Shown: positions 47,198 through 56,217 of the stretch, piece after piece
Position numbering within the stretch: the first letter of the stretch is position 1
Layout of the letters: each line of letters opens with the position of its first letter
Source: an uncultured Candidatus Saccharibacteria bacterium
GTDB taxonomy: Bacteria; Patescibacteriota; Saccharimonadia; Saccharimonadales; CAIOMD01
Direction: 5' to 3'
Length of the DNA stretch: 56,732 nucleotides
Assembly (NCBI GenBank): GCA_964566075.1
Contig: CAZMHJ010000002.1
Span: forward strand, 1-56,732
Program-made: the position numbers and the translations under genes
Notes under the pieces: model-generated
Told to the model about the DNA's origin: nothing
The model's input: only the letters and a program-made list of their open reading frames with translations
Database searches by the model: none

Positions 47198-47497
47198 GTT
47201 TGCTTTTTTAGCTTATGGTTTCATACTACAGTACCATCAGTTATCTGGCAAACACTGGTACAATAGATGAACATTTAAACACCGTACCTCTGTTTTATAG
47301 TCAAAATACAAATACAAATTGCGAAAACGGTTACAGTTTTTAAGGAGTAGCTTAGCTACGCCGAAAAAAGGCTGACCGTTTGCAGCTTTGTCTTTTTATT
47401 TTGGCAAAACAAGATGGTGCGATGTTAAAATGCCCTAATGGGACTTTTTCAGAAACAACCATACCAGTTAAAGCAAAATCTGCCATATACCATTTCG

Positions 47498-48094
47498 ATG
47501 GCCACTACGGCTGTACTTATCGTTGGCCTTGGCAACCCAGGTGATGAGTACAATGGTACGAGGCACAATGTGGGCTTTATGGCGCTCGATTGGTTTGCCA
47601 AAAAGAACGATTTTAGCGACTGGCACGAAGATAAGAAATTCAAAGGGTCTATTTGTGAAAAAACGCTTGGTTCGGTCCGTGTCATTTTGCTAAAGCCTTC
47701 GACTTTCATGAATTTAAGCGGTGAATCAGTCCAGGCAGTTGCTAGTTTTTATAAAATATCCCCCGAACGCATTGTGGTCCTACACGACGAACTCAGTATT
47801 ACATTTGGCCAAATTCGCAATCGAGTCGGTGGGCAGGCTGCGGGGCATAATGGCATCAAATCAGTGATTCAGCATGTGGGTGAAAACTTTGGCAGAGTTC
47901 GTATTGGTGTAAAAGATGAGTTTTCAAAGATTACTGATACCAGTAAGTTTGTACTCGCTAAATTTAGCAAGGTAGAGCAGAGTTACTTAGATGACATTTT
48001 TGTAGAGGTAAACGGCATTTTGACCGAATACACCTATGGTGGTGAGCTACCAAACGATACCCGCAGTATCGTTTTTGATTACGGCGACGACTAA
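47498..48094 (+). CDS. pth: peptidyl-tRNA hydrolase
   Basis: LIVGLGNPG...YNGTRHNVGF...HDELS...GGQAAGHNGIKS. I prefer ATG 47498 (MATTAVLIVGLGNPG) to the track start 47438. Confidence 0.9.
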   Translation: MATTAVLIVGLGNPGDEYNGTRHNVGFMALDWFAKKNDFSDWHEDKKFKGSICEKTLGSVRVILLKPSTFMNLSGESVQAVASFYKISPERIVVLHDELSITFGQIRNRVGGQAAGHNGIKSVIQHVGENFGRVRIGVKDEFSKITDTSKFVLAKFSKVEQSYLDDIFVEVNGILTEYTYGGELPNDTRSIVFDYGDD

Positions 48095-48095
48095 T

Positions 48096-49760
48096 ATGCT
48101 ACTGAACATCGATATCACTGACAAACACTTTGGCGACAAAGTACTCTACAGCGACCTACAGTTCTCGCTTGATAAAGGCGAAAAGGTAGGTTTAATTGGC
48201 CGTAATGGCGTAGGCAAGAGTACCTTGTTTGCCATGCTGGCTGGCGACGACACCGATTTTGACGGTACAATCCAGACTGCTCGCAATACCATTATTGTGA
48301 GTACCCGCCAAGAACACCTTGGACTCGAGGATACAGCAGCAGTTGACTACATACTGAGCGAGTTACCACATTACAGCAACTTAAAGCATATTATTGATAC
48401 ATACCCAGAAACCATGGCTACCAGCCAGACCAAAATGAACAAATACAGTGATGCGCTTGAGCAGTTTGGTGCACTCGGTTACTACACGATTGAGGATTCG
48501 GTACTGCAGCAGCTGGCAACATACCAAATAGACGAGGCAAAGGCTCGCGGACCGCTCAAAAACTTGAGTGGTGGCCAAAAGCGCTTTGTCGAACTCGTTA
48601 AAATCGCCCACGCCAATGCTGACGTTGCATTAATAGATGAGCCGACAAACCATATGGACTATGTCGCTAAAGAAGCGTTTGTAAAGTGGCTCCGCGAAGT
48701 CAGTAATTTAGCAGTACTGGTTATTACACACGACCGTGACGTACTGCGTGAAGTTGATAGAATTATCGAAATTAAAGATAGCATTGCGCTCAGTTATAAA
48801 GGTAATTACAATGCGTACCTAAAGCAAAATAGCACGTCAACCGTCGGTGCTATCCAAGATTACGAAGTCGCCCAAGCAACCATTGCCAATCTAAAAAAAC
48901 AGATAGAATACGCCAAGGCCCGTGCGCCGGGTTATAAAGGTAAAGCCGCCAAAAATCCATGGATTGTTATGCGCAATCGGCTCGAAAAGGAGCTTGCCCG
49001 AGTCGAAGCAACTGCTCAAAAACCAAGTTTTTGGATAGACCGCGAATCATTAGAACAGCTGCATGACAAAGCGGCCACTAGTTACCAAAAATATAAGGCC
49101 AAAAATATTCGTATTGGTAGTACTAATACTCAAAATGCCGGCGCCCAGCTACCGATCGTCGATGTCCGCGATATATCACTTGGCTACGATAGACCGTTGT
49201 TCGAGCATGTCAGTTTTCGACTGCCAGAAGGTGGCCGAGTGCGTTTGCACGGCCGCAATGGAGCTGGTAAAACAACACTCATTAAAACTATCGTCGCCAC
49301 GGCCAATGGGCAAAGAAGTGATGCTACCTACTATGATGGCTTTATCGATATCCGGCCAAAATTAACAATTGGCATGTACGAGCAAGAAATTGCCGCCAAA
49401 TATCTAGACTTACCGCTCGAAATGGCGCTTGAGCGTCTGTATTTAGACCAAGATTTGTCTATCAGTAATCAGCGCATTCGTCAGTTAATGGCAGATTACT
49501 TATTTGACCCAATAACAGATGCTAAATTGCCACTAAGCACACTTAGTGGTGGCCAAAAAGCACGTTTTCAATTGATTGCAATGCTCAGCAATAATCCGCA
49601 ACTACTCATACTAGACGAACCAACCAATCACTTGGACCTGCCAAGTATTGAAGAGCTCGAAACGGCGCTCCATAAATATCAAGGGGCAATCATCTTTGTG
49701 AGCCACGATGGCTATTTTGTAAATGGCTTCGAGCACGAAACCATTGCCATCGGTGGATAA
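48096..49760 (+). CDS. ABC-F family ATPase (two NBDs, no TM)
   Basis: GRNGVGKST / LSGGQKRF / LIDEPTNH, then GRNGAGKTT / LSGGQKAR / ILDEPTNH. I prefer ATG 48096 (MLLNIDI...). Confidence 0.9.
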   Translation: MLLNIDITDKHFGDKVLYSDLQFSLDKGEKVGLIGRNGVGKSTLFAMLAGDDTDFDGTIQTARNTIIVSTRQEHLGLEDTAAVDYILSELPHYSNLKHIIDTYPETMATSQTKMNKYSDALEQFGALGYYTIEDSVLQQLATYQIDEAKARGPLKNLSGGQKRFVELVKIAHANADVALIDEPTNHMDYVAKEAFVKWLREVSNLAVLVITHDRDVLREVDRIIEIKDSIALSYKGNYNAYLKQNSTSTVGAIQDYEVAQATIANLKKQIEYAKARAPGYKGKAAKNPWIVMRNRLEKELARVEATAQKPSFWIDRESLEQLHDKAATSYQKYKAKNIRIGSTNTQNAGAQLPIVDVRDISLGYDRPLFEHVSFRLPEGGRVRLHGRNGAGKTTLIKTIVATANGQRSDATYYDGFIDIRPKLTIGMYEQEIAAKYLDLPLEMALERLYLDQDLSISNQRIRQLMADYLFDPITDAKLPLSTLSGGQKARFQLIAMLSNNPQLLILDEPTNHLDLPSIEELETALHKYQGAIIFVSHDGYFVNGFEHETIAIGG

Positions 49761-49838
49761 GTAAACTGAGAAATCGTTGACAATATTACAAAATACTCGT
49801 TAAATAAAGCTAACGCTAAAAAATAAAAAGGATAAAAA

Positions 49839-51365
49839 ATGAAGCTGTCTCTTAAAAAGATGTCCCAAAAAGGCTTTTTGCACTTAGGTACTATATTGCC
49901 AATGGTTCTTGTAATGGTTGCTGTTGGTGGTATAGGTGCCTATGTTTTAAGAAAAAGTCATGCGGCTGTTGGGCCACCAACCACAGGTGGAAGTGCTCCA
50001 ACAGTGCGTGCCACTCCAACAGGTAATGGGTACCTTATACAAGGTTCGAACGCCACATATTATACAGGCGGGTTCGCAACAGTTGATCCTTATACTGGTT
50101 TAAAGTCAGTAATTAAACTGACAGACGCAAAGGGTGTAGAGCTTGCAAACGCAACTAGCATCGATTCAATTCAGTGGGCACCAGACGGTCTACACTTCTT
50201 TGTTGTTTACCGCAGTAGTTTAAGTGCCACTTATTACCAGACTCTTGCAGTTGCCAATTATAATGGGACTAACCTAACCACAGTTTACAAGACGCCTTCT
50301 TTGTCTTCTATTACGTATATGAGGAACCCTCATTGGTCACCTGACAGTTCCAAAATAGCATTTGTAGAAGGTGATACGACAAATAAATTGATGGTTTACG
50401 GCTTGACCGGTACCAAAATTTCTGAAGCTCTGGCACCTACCTATAGCTGGAAATTAGCGTGGAGCCCAAGCGGTGGCAGCATCTTTTACAGCTCTCAAAA
50501 TAGTTCCTACGTTTATGACGTAACATCAGGTATTTTTTCCCAAGATAGTAAAGGCATGCCTGCTCAGCAAGTAGCTGGTTATACAGACAATAGTCACGTT
50601 GTCGGTAGCTACTACGATACCACGGCTAAAACAACCGTAATTGATTACGCTGATTTGGTTACAGGTTCACGGACTAAAATTGCATCTACATCATCTGATT
50701 ACTGGCCGCCAGTGATGTCACGTGACCGCAAGTGGGTTCTATCAACAGCCTACAATAAAGGGTATCTAAAGCTTGTGAGCATCGATGGGGCTGTCGTAAA
50801 AGATATACCAACCGGTTGTGTCAATATTGGCAGTTCATTTGTATCATCCGATGGACAAGACGTGTTCTTTGTATGCCGTACAAGTGCCGCAGCTTATATT
50901 TCTACCAAACAGTACAATATAGCTTCCGATACCGTTACCATCGCAAAGGGAAAGATTGATAATAACGGTGGAGACAACGGGGTTAATGCACCATGGCAAC
51001 CCGGTGCCTCAAGAGTATCTTCAAAGTCTTGTACCTCGGGGTCTTATTCTATGAAGTCAGAGCAAACCTTTAACGGACTAATCGGTGGTTTAAGAACTAT
51101 GCCAAGCCTCAAAATTACACCTCTGGTTGGCACAACCGTCCAAGCAAAAAAGGTGGACTATACTATTACCATCCAAACGCTTAAGAGCGGTGTGTGGACC
51201 ACTGTAAAAACATATGGTGCCGCGACAACGACAACGTCGGGTACTTTCACGCTTGATCCTGCAGATACGGCTGAATATGCGATTGGTGGCACAAGAGTGA
51301 TAATTTCTTCTGGTGTATACGGTGACAATATTGCCAACTGTTCAGTAACACACTATTCAAGCTAG
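49839..51365 (+). CDS. secreted TolB-like (PD40/WD40-like) beta-propeller protein
   Basis: Leader MKLSLKKMSQKGFLHLGTILPMVLVMVAVGGIGAYVLRKSHAA. Repeated W(A/S)PDG/WSPDSSKIAF/WSPSGGSIFY propeller-blade motifs. Confidence 0.7.
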   Translation: MKLSLKKMSQKGFLHLGTILPMVLVMVAVGGIGAYVLRKSHAAVGPPTTGGSAPTVRATPTGNGYLIQGSNATYYTGGFATVDPYTGLKSVIKLTDAKGVELANATSIDSIQWAPDGLHFFVVYRSSLSATYYQTLAVANYNGTNLTTVYKTPSLSSITYMRNPHWSPDSSKIAFVEGDTTNKLMVYGLTGTKISEALAPTYSWKLAWSPSGGSIFYSSQNSSYVYDVTSGIFSQDSKGMPAQQVAGYTDNSHVVGSYYDTTAKTTVIDYADLVTGSRTKIASTSSDYWPPVMSRDRKWVLSTAYNKGYLKLVSIDGAVVKDIPTGCVNIGSSFVSSDGQDVFFVCRTSAAAYISTKQYNIASDTVTIAKGKIDNNGGDNGVNAPWQPGASRVSSKSCTSGSYSMKSEQTFNGLIGGLRTMPSLKITPLVGTTVQAKKVDYTITIQTLKSGVWTTVKTYGAATTTTSGTFTLDPADTAEYAIGGTRVIISSGVYGDNIANCSVTHYSS

Positions 51366-51399
51366 AAAGATTTAGCAATTAAAATAAAAAGGATAAAAA

Positions 51400-52008
51400 A
51401 TGAAGCTGTCTCTTAAAAAGATGTACCAGAAAGGCTTTTTAAGCCTGCATATCATTCTGCCACTCGTAATAGCTATTGCCGCTATTGGTGGCGTGGGTGC
51501 ATATGTACTGATGAAAAACAGTCATGCGGCGTCAAGTCTTACCAGTAGCGGATGTTATCTTAGGGGCCGAGTCTGGACGGGTAGTTCTTGTTCTAAAACT
51601 TGTATTTCTGGTGCTGGGTCCCACGTGGTAGCGAGCCCGTATGATTACTGCTCGGGTGCTGTTAGCAAAATTAGTTACAGTACATGTGTTAGTAAAAATC
51701 GAAAATGGGTTGATAGTGGTTGTGCTCGTCGTTGGCAGCAAACAAAACTAGCTGGAGCACCCCAATGTACTAGCTCATCTATGACCTACTATGTTGAAAA
51801 TACTTACGACAGGTGTGCAACACTTACGCAAACCGTTACTCCAACATACAGTTGTCCGTCAAATTATCGCCTTATTGCTGCTAGCAACGCAAAGATCCAA
51901 ACACCTACTTCAATAGATATCATCGATGGCAGAACATGTGAAACGACCGTATCTAACACTGGTACTGTACTACCGCAATATTGGTACGTAAAACCTTCTA
52001 AATCTTAG
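51400..52008 (+). CDS. secreted Cys-rich protein
   Basis: Its leader is nearly identical to that of the preceding gene. The mature part carries about 12 Cys in paired spacing. Confidence 0.65.
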   Translation: MKLSLKKMYQKGFLSLHIILPLVIAIAAIGGVGAYVLMKNSHAASSLTSSGCYLRGRVWTGSSCSKTCISGAGSHVVASPYDYCSGAVSKISYSTCVSKNRKWVDSGCARRWQQTKLAGAPQCTSSSMTYYVENTYDRCATLTQTVTPTYSCPSNYRLIAASNAKIQTPTSIDIIDGRTCETTVSNTGTVLPQYWYVKPSKS

Positions 52009-52423
52009 CTCACTAGCAGAATTATATCTTTAAACTAAAAAGAGCCCACAGAGGGGGTGGGCACCGCTGTAGGCTCATGTTAGCCTTCAACCCCGAACTG
52101 GAAACCAGTTCAACGCTTTGACATCCCACCTCAAACAAAACGAGGGGCTAAAGCTTACGGTTAAAGGCGTTAGTATGTTTTAGAACGCCTGTTAGCTAAC
52201 ACAAGGTTAGCGAGCGCGTTTCGCGTGGAGGGTAACAACGTTCGACGCACGTTCTAAAACAATCTAACAGTGTTGTATGTATAAAGTCATTGAGACTTTA
52301 TGCATACATCGTTAGAATTTGGGGGTATAAGGTGCGTAAAGCGTAAGAGTTTCACGCTTACGTTGCACATAATAGCATTTGTTTTATTTTTTGTCAACAA
52401 TATTTTAAATAATCTTTTCGCTT

Positions 52424-53281
52424 ATGCTTCACATCACCTCTGTTAAAAAAGATTTTCCAAGACAGCTAACAGATATACCAAGCCCACCAAAAGAGCTCTT
52501 TATAGAGTCGGTAAAATGGGCTGATCTAGTAGAAAAACCTATGCTCGCCATTGTTGGTAGCCGAAAGGTCTCAGTATACGGTAGGGCGGTCACCGAACAG
52601 CTTGCACGCGGTGCGGCAGCCAGAGGTATTGTGATAGTCAGTGGGCTTGCGCTGGGAGTTGACTCAATAGCGCATGCGGCTGCACTTGAAGTTGGTGGTG
52701 CAACTATTGCTGTCCTTCCGAGTGGGCTCGAACACATATACCCAACCACGCATACCGGCTTAGCCCGACAAATAATTAAACAGGGTGGGGCACTGTTGAC
52801 CGAATATCCACCCCATACAACTGCTGCTTTTAAGGGTAATTTTATTGCCCGTAACCGACTTATCGCGGGCCTTGCTAGTGTTGTACTCGTAACCGAAGCG
52901 GCCGAAAAGAGCGGAAGCTTACATACAGCAAACTTTGCACTCGAACAGGGTAAAGAAGTGTTAGCCGTGCCGGGACCAATCAATAGCCCGCTGAGCGCTG
53001 GTTGTAATAGTCTTATAAAAACTGGGGCGCAGATGGTCACGTCTGTCGATGATATTTTACAGCACTATAAACTAAGCGGTTCTCCTCACGATGTAAGGGT
53101 TGGTGGTGCAAACCAAGCCGAATCCGCAATCTTACAACTTATACAAAACGGAATACACGATATCGATGACTTACAGCAACAGTCATTATTATCTGCCGAT
53201 GAATTTCAACGTACGCTCAGTATGCTCGAAATTACTGGGCAAATTACCGCTATCGGTGGTGGTAAGTTTACATTGCGTTAG
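52424..53281 (+). CDS. dprA: DNA-processing protein A
   Basis: IVGSRKVSVYG, VSGLALGVDSIAHAAAL and GSLHTANFALEQGKEVLAVPG are the DprA Rossmann-like domain blocks. Confidence 0.9.
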   Translation: MLHITSVKKDFPRQLTDIPSPPKELFIESVKWADLVEKPMLAIVGSRKVSVYGRAVTEQLARGAAARGIVIVSGLALGVDSIAHAAALEVGGATIAVLPSGLEHIYPTTHTGLARQIIKQGGALLTEYPPHTTAAFKGNFIARNRLIAGLASVVLVTEAAEKSGSLHTANFALEQGKEVLAVPGPINSPLSAGCNSLIKTGAQMVTSVDDILQHYKLSGSPHDVRVGGANQAESAILQLIQNGIHDIDDLQQQSLLSADEFQRTLSMLEITGQITAIGGGKFTLR

Positions 53282-53344
53282 TGTTATTATCATTGTATAA
53301 TATAGTTTCGCTGTTTCGGAACACAGCGACGAACTGGAGGGGAC

Positions 53345-53629
53345 ATGGGCACAACGTTCATGCTTTTGCTCGGTGCACTGGTGGTATATCTCGGTGTCTA
53401 CGGTTACCGATCGGTCCGCAAGACATCAGATCACGATGACAGCAAGATGATGTACATCCTCATCACCTTGGTTGGCGGCATGCTGTACGCGTACAGCGTC
53501 TACACCATCTGGGTTTTCAACCCGCTGCTTGCTGTCGGTGTCACTTCAGTGATCATCATCTTTGGGTTCGCAATTCTCCCGCTTAAGCGGAAACTTGTGA
53601 ACTACCAACAGCTGAGCGAGAAGCGGTGA
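53345..53629 (+). CDS. 94-aa 3-TM membrane protein in a G+C-rich islet
   Basis: GGAGGGG RBS 3 nt before the ATG, G/C-ending codons, and a perfect 10-bp hairpin downstream (CCCGGCCAGT...ACTGGCCGGG). Confidence 0.55.
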   Translation: MGTTFMLLLGALVVYLGVYGYRSVRKTSDHDDSKMMYILITLVGGMLYAYSVYTIWVFNPLLAVGVTSVIIIFGFAILPLKRKLVNYQQLSEKR

Positions 53630-53762
53630 ACATCGCAACCATCCATTCCGTTTCGACCCGGCCAGTACCCTCTAACGGGGGTCACTGGCCGGGCCGCTTG
53701 CAATTTAATCCGTATAGCTATAGGCTAATGTGGTTATCTTGTGATAGGTTTTACATATATAT

Positions 53763-56054
53763 ATGAGCAATAAGAATCTTGTTATCGTCGAGTCGCCTGC
53801 AAAGGCAAAAACCATTGAGAAATTTTTAGGCAAAGACTACACCGTAAAAAGTAGCTTTGGTCACATCCGTGATTTACCGAAAAAGGGCTTAAACATCGAC
53901 AAAGATAATAACTTTGAGCCATCCTACGAAGTACCAGCCGATAAAAAGAAGGTTGTCAGCGAACTCAAAAAAGAGGCTAAAACCGCCGAAACCGTCTGGC
54001 TCGCAAGTGATGAAGACCGCGAAGGTGAAGCTATAGCCTGGCATTTAAGCGAAGCGTTAAACCTGGATGCTAAAAAAACCAAGCGCATTGTCTTTCATGA
54101 AATCACCGAAAGTGCCATTAAAAATGCTATTGCCAACCCGCGTACCGTAGACATTGACTTGGTAAACGCCCAGCAGGCCCGTCGTGTGCTTGATCGTTTA
54201 GTTGGCTACGAACTATCACCAATACTATGGAAAAAGGTCCAAGCGGGCCTCAGCGCAGGTCGTGTGCAATCTGTTGCTGTACGCTTAATTGTTGAGCGCG
54301 AGCGAGAAATTAGTGCCTTTAACCCAGAGGCCAGCTTTCGGGTACAAGCTATCTTTTTAAAGGATAATCAAGAAATTCCAGCTGAGCTTAACATCCGCAT
54401 GCCCGACGAACAGCATGTAACTGATCTTTTAGAAGATTGTAAAACCGCTACCTTTACTGTGCATGACATTTCGCAAAAACCAAGCCTGCGTAACCCATCG
54501 GCACCATTTACAACCTCGACCCTACAACAAGAAGCTGCCCGAAAACTCGGATTTAGCGTGAAGCAAACCATGACCCTTGCACAGCGCTTGTATGAAAACG
54601 GTCATATTACCTACATGCGTACCGACAGCACAAACTTATCTGGCCAAGCCATCGCTGCTGCCAGCAAATATATCGAAAAGGAATTTGGCGCCAAATATCA
54701 CCAAGTTCGTCAATACAAGACTAAAAATGCCTCAGCTCAAGAGGCCCACGAAGCAATCCGCCCAACTAGTTTTGAACGTTTAAACGCTGGTGATGATAAA
54801 AACCAAGAAAAGTTATATCAACTTATCTGGAAACGCGCTTTGGCCAGCCAAATGGCAGCAGCCGAAACCGAGCGTACCGAGGCCGAAATTACTATTGGTG
54901 GTAGGGCATCAGCTTTTATTGCTAAAGGTGAAGTCCTTAAGTTTGACGGTTTTCTAAAGGTCTATGGTGGTGGTAAAGATGACGCAATTCTCCCTGTACT
55001 CGCGAAAGGTGATGTATTACAACGTCAAACGATTACCGCCCACGAAACCTTTAGCCGTGCACCAGCTCGCTATTCAGAAGCAAGCCTGGTTAAAACACTC
55101 GAAGAACTCGGTATTGGTCGTCCTAGCACCTATGCGCCAACGATTAGTACTATCCAAAGTCGTGGCTACGTAGAAAAGGCCGATTTAGAGGGCGTAGAAC
55201 GTAAGGCAGTCCATTTTGAGCTATCTGGTAATAACGTTACACGTGACGAGCAAGCGGAAGTCTATGGAGCCGATAAAGGCAAATTATTACCGACACACCT
55301 AGCTGAGGTAACCACTGATTTTTTGGTTAAGTATTTCGATGCCATTATTGATACTGGCTTTACCGCTCGTGCCGAAGAACAGCTCGATGAAGTAGCCGAA
55401 GGCAAGTTGATATGGCAAGACGCCATGAAGGCCTTTTACGCCCAGTTCCATCCGTTAATCGAAGCTTCAGCCGATGCTAGCCGCCAAGAAACATCTCAAG
55501 CTCGTCTACTTGGCGAAGACCCTAAAACAGGCAAGCCAATCTATGCTCGTTTTGGCCGTTTTGGACCAATGTTACAACGTGGCGAAGTAGAAGGCGAAGA
55601 CAAGCCCGATTTTGCACCGATGCCTACCGGTATCCGAATAGAAGATGTAACGTTTGAAGAAGCCATGACCATGTTTAGCTTGCCCCGCGAAGTTGGTGTT
55701 ACTAAAGATGGTGACGTTATAAAGGCGAATATTGGCCGTTTTGGCCCCTATATTCAGGTTAATAAGCTGTTTGTATCTATTAAACCGCACGACCCATTCA
55801 GCATTACCGAAGCCGAAGCCCGCGAACTATACGAAAAGAAGCTCGAAACGCTTGCTAATCGCGAAATTAAGACGTTTGAGAAAGAAAAAATTCAGGTCTT
55901 AAATGGCCAATATGGCCCATATGTTACTGATGGCAAAAAGAATGCCCGTATCCCTAAATCAACTGACCCTAAGACCATCACTCTCGAACAAGCCAAAGAG
56001 ATGCTCGCAAAGGCTAAGCCAGCACGCAAGCGCGTCATAAAGCGAAAAAAATAG
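53763..56054 (+). CDS. topA: DNA topoisomerase I
   Basis: TOPRIM start LVIVESPAKAKTIEKFLG, DEDREGEAI, active-site region ITYMRTDS and a C-terminal Lys-rich tail without Zn-finger Cys motifs. Confidence 0.95.
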   Translation: MSNKNLVIVESPAKAKTIEKFLGKDYTVKSSFGHIRDLPKKGLNIDKDNNFEPSYEVPADKKKVVSELKKEAKTAETVWLASDEDREGEAIAWHLSEALNLDAKKTKRIVFHEITESAIKNAIANPRTVDIDLVNAQQARRVLDRLVGYELSPILWKKVQAGLSAGRVQSVAVRLIVEREREISAFNPEASFRVQAIFLKDNQEIPAELNIRMPDEQHVTDLLEDCKTATFTVHDISQKPSLRNPSAPFTTSTLQQEAARKLGFSVKQTMTLAQRLYENGHITYMRTDSTNLSGQAIAAASKYIEKEFGAKYHQVRQYKTKNASAQEAHEAIRPTSFERLNAGDDKNQEKLYQLIWKRALASQMAAAETERTEAEITIGGRASAFIAKGEVLKFDGFLKVYGGGKDDAILPVLAKGDVLQRQTITAHETFSRAPARYSEASLVKTLEELGIGRPSTYAPTISTIQSRGYVEKADLEGVERKAVHFELSGNNVTRDEQAEVYGADKGKLLPTHLAEVTTDFLVKYFDAIIDTGFTARAEEQLDEVAEGKLIWQDAMKAFYAQFHPLIEASADASRQETSQARLLGEDPKTGKPIYARFGRFGPMLQRGEVEGEDKPDFAPMPTGIRIEDVTFEEAMTMFSLPREVGVTKDGDVIKANIGRFGPYIQVNKLFVSIKPHDPFSITEAEARELYEKKLETLANREIKTFEKEKIQVLNGQYGPYVTDGKKNARIPKSTDPKTITLEQAKEMLAKAKPARKRVIKRKK

Positions 56055-56074
56055 ATAGCAAGCTTCAGGTACTA

Positions 56075-56103
56075 TTGACATTTATTACTTAAATTGTTAT
56101 TAT
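56075..56103 (+). promoter_or_regulatory. near-consensus sigma70-type promoter
   Basis: TTGACA (56075-56080), a 17-nt spacer, then TATTAT (56098-56103). It sits just after the topA stop, pointing into ORF-poor sequence. Confidence 0.55.
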
Positions 56104-56142
56104 ATGTTTTAACGCATCGTGAACATAGGTTTTTCGATGCCC

Positions 56143-56195
56143 AGTCGAAGTCTAAAGTCCAAGTCTGCAGTCTCAGTCTGAGTCCAAAGTCTTGG
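56143..56195 (+). repeat. quasi-periodic AGTC array (8 copies, 6-7 nt period)
   Basis: AGTC starts at 56143, 56149, 56156, 56162, 56169, 56175, 56181 and 56188 (AGTCGA AGTCTAA AGTCCA AGTCTGC AGTCTC AGTCTG AGTCCAA AGTCTTGG). Confidence 0.8.
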
Positions 56196-56217
56196 GGGCA
56201 CTATCGACCGCGGGCAT

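Noticed and set aside
47198-47437. Possible small RNA or leader in the 240-nt gap upstream of pth (AAACGGT...ACCGTTT enclosing GTAGC-TTA-GCTAC; TGGTACAAT extended -10 at ~47255).
   Set aside because: The helices are short and A+T-rich, and nothing distinguishes it from an ordinary promoter or leader region. It is kept only as context for the ACCTCTGTT box at 47286.
49839-49950. Type IV prepilin (class III) signal peptides in the ...QKGF|L... and ...QLGF|S... leaders (49839-, 51400-, 36937-).
   Set aside because: The position +5 after the putative G|F cleavage site is not Glu. The hydrophobic segment is followed by an AXA-like site (SHAA), consistent with ordinary signal peptidase I processing or an N-terminal anchor.
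52041-52330. tmRNA, standard or circularly permuted. GGGGGTGGG at 52052 and GGAGGGTAACAACGTTCGACG at 52227 resemble tmRNA 5' ends.
   Set aside because: No complementary 3' acceptor strand with CCA was found in either gene order. There is no T-arm and no plausible tag ORF ending in a typical (A/L)AA tail.
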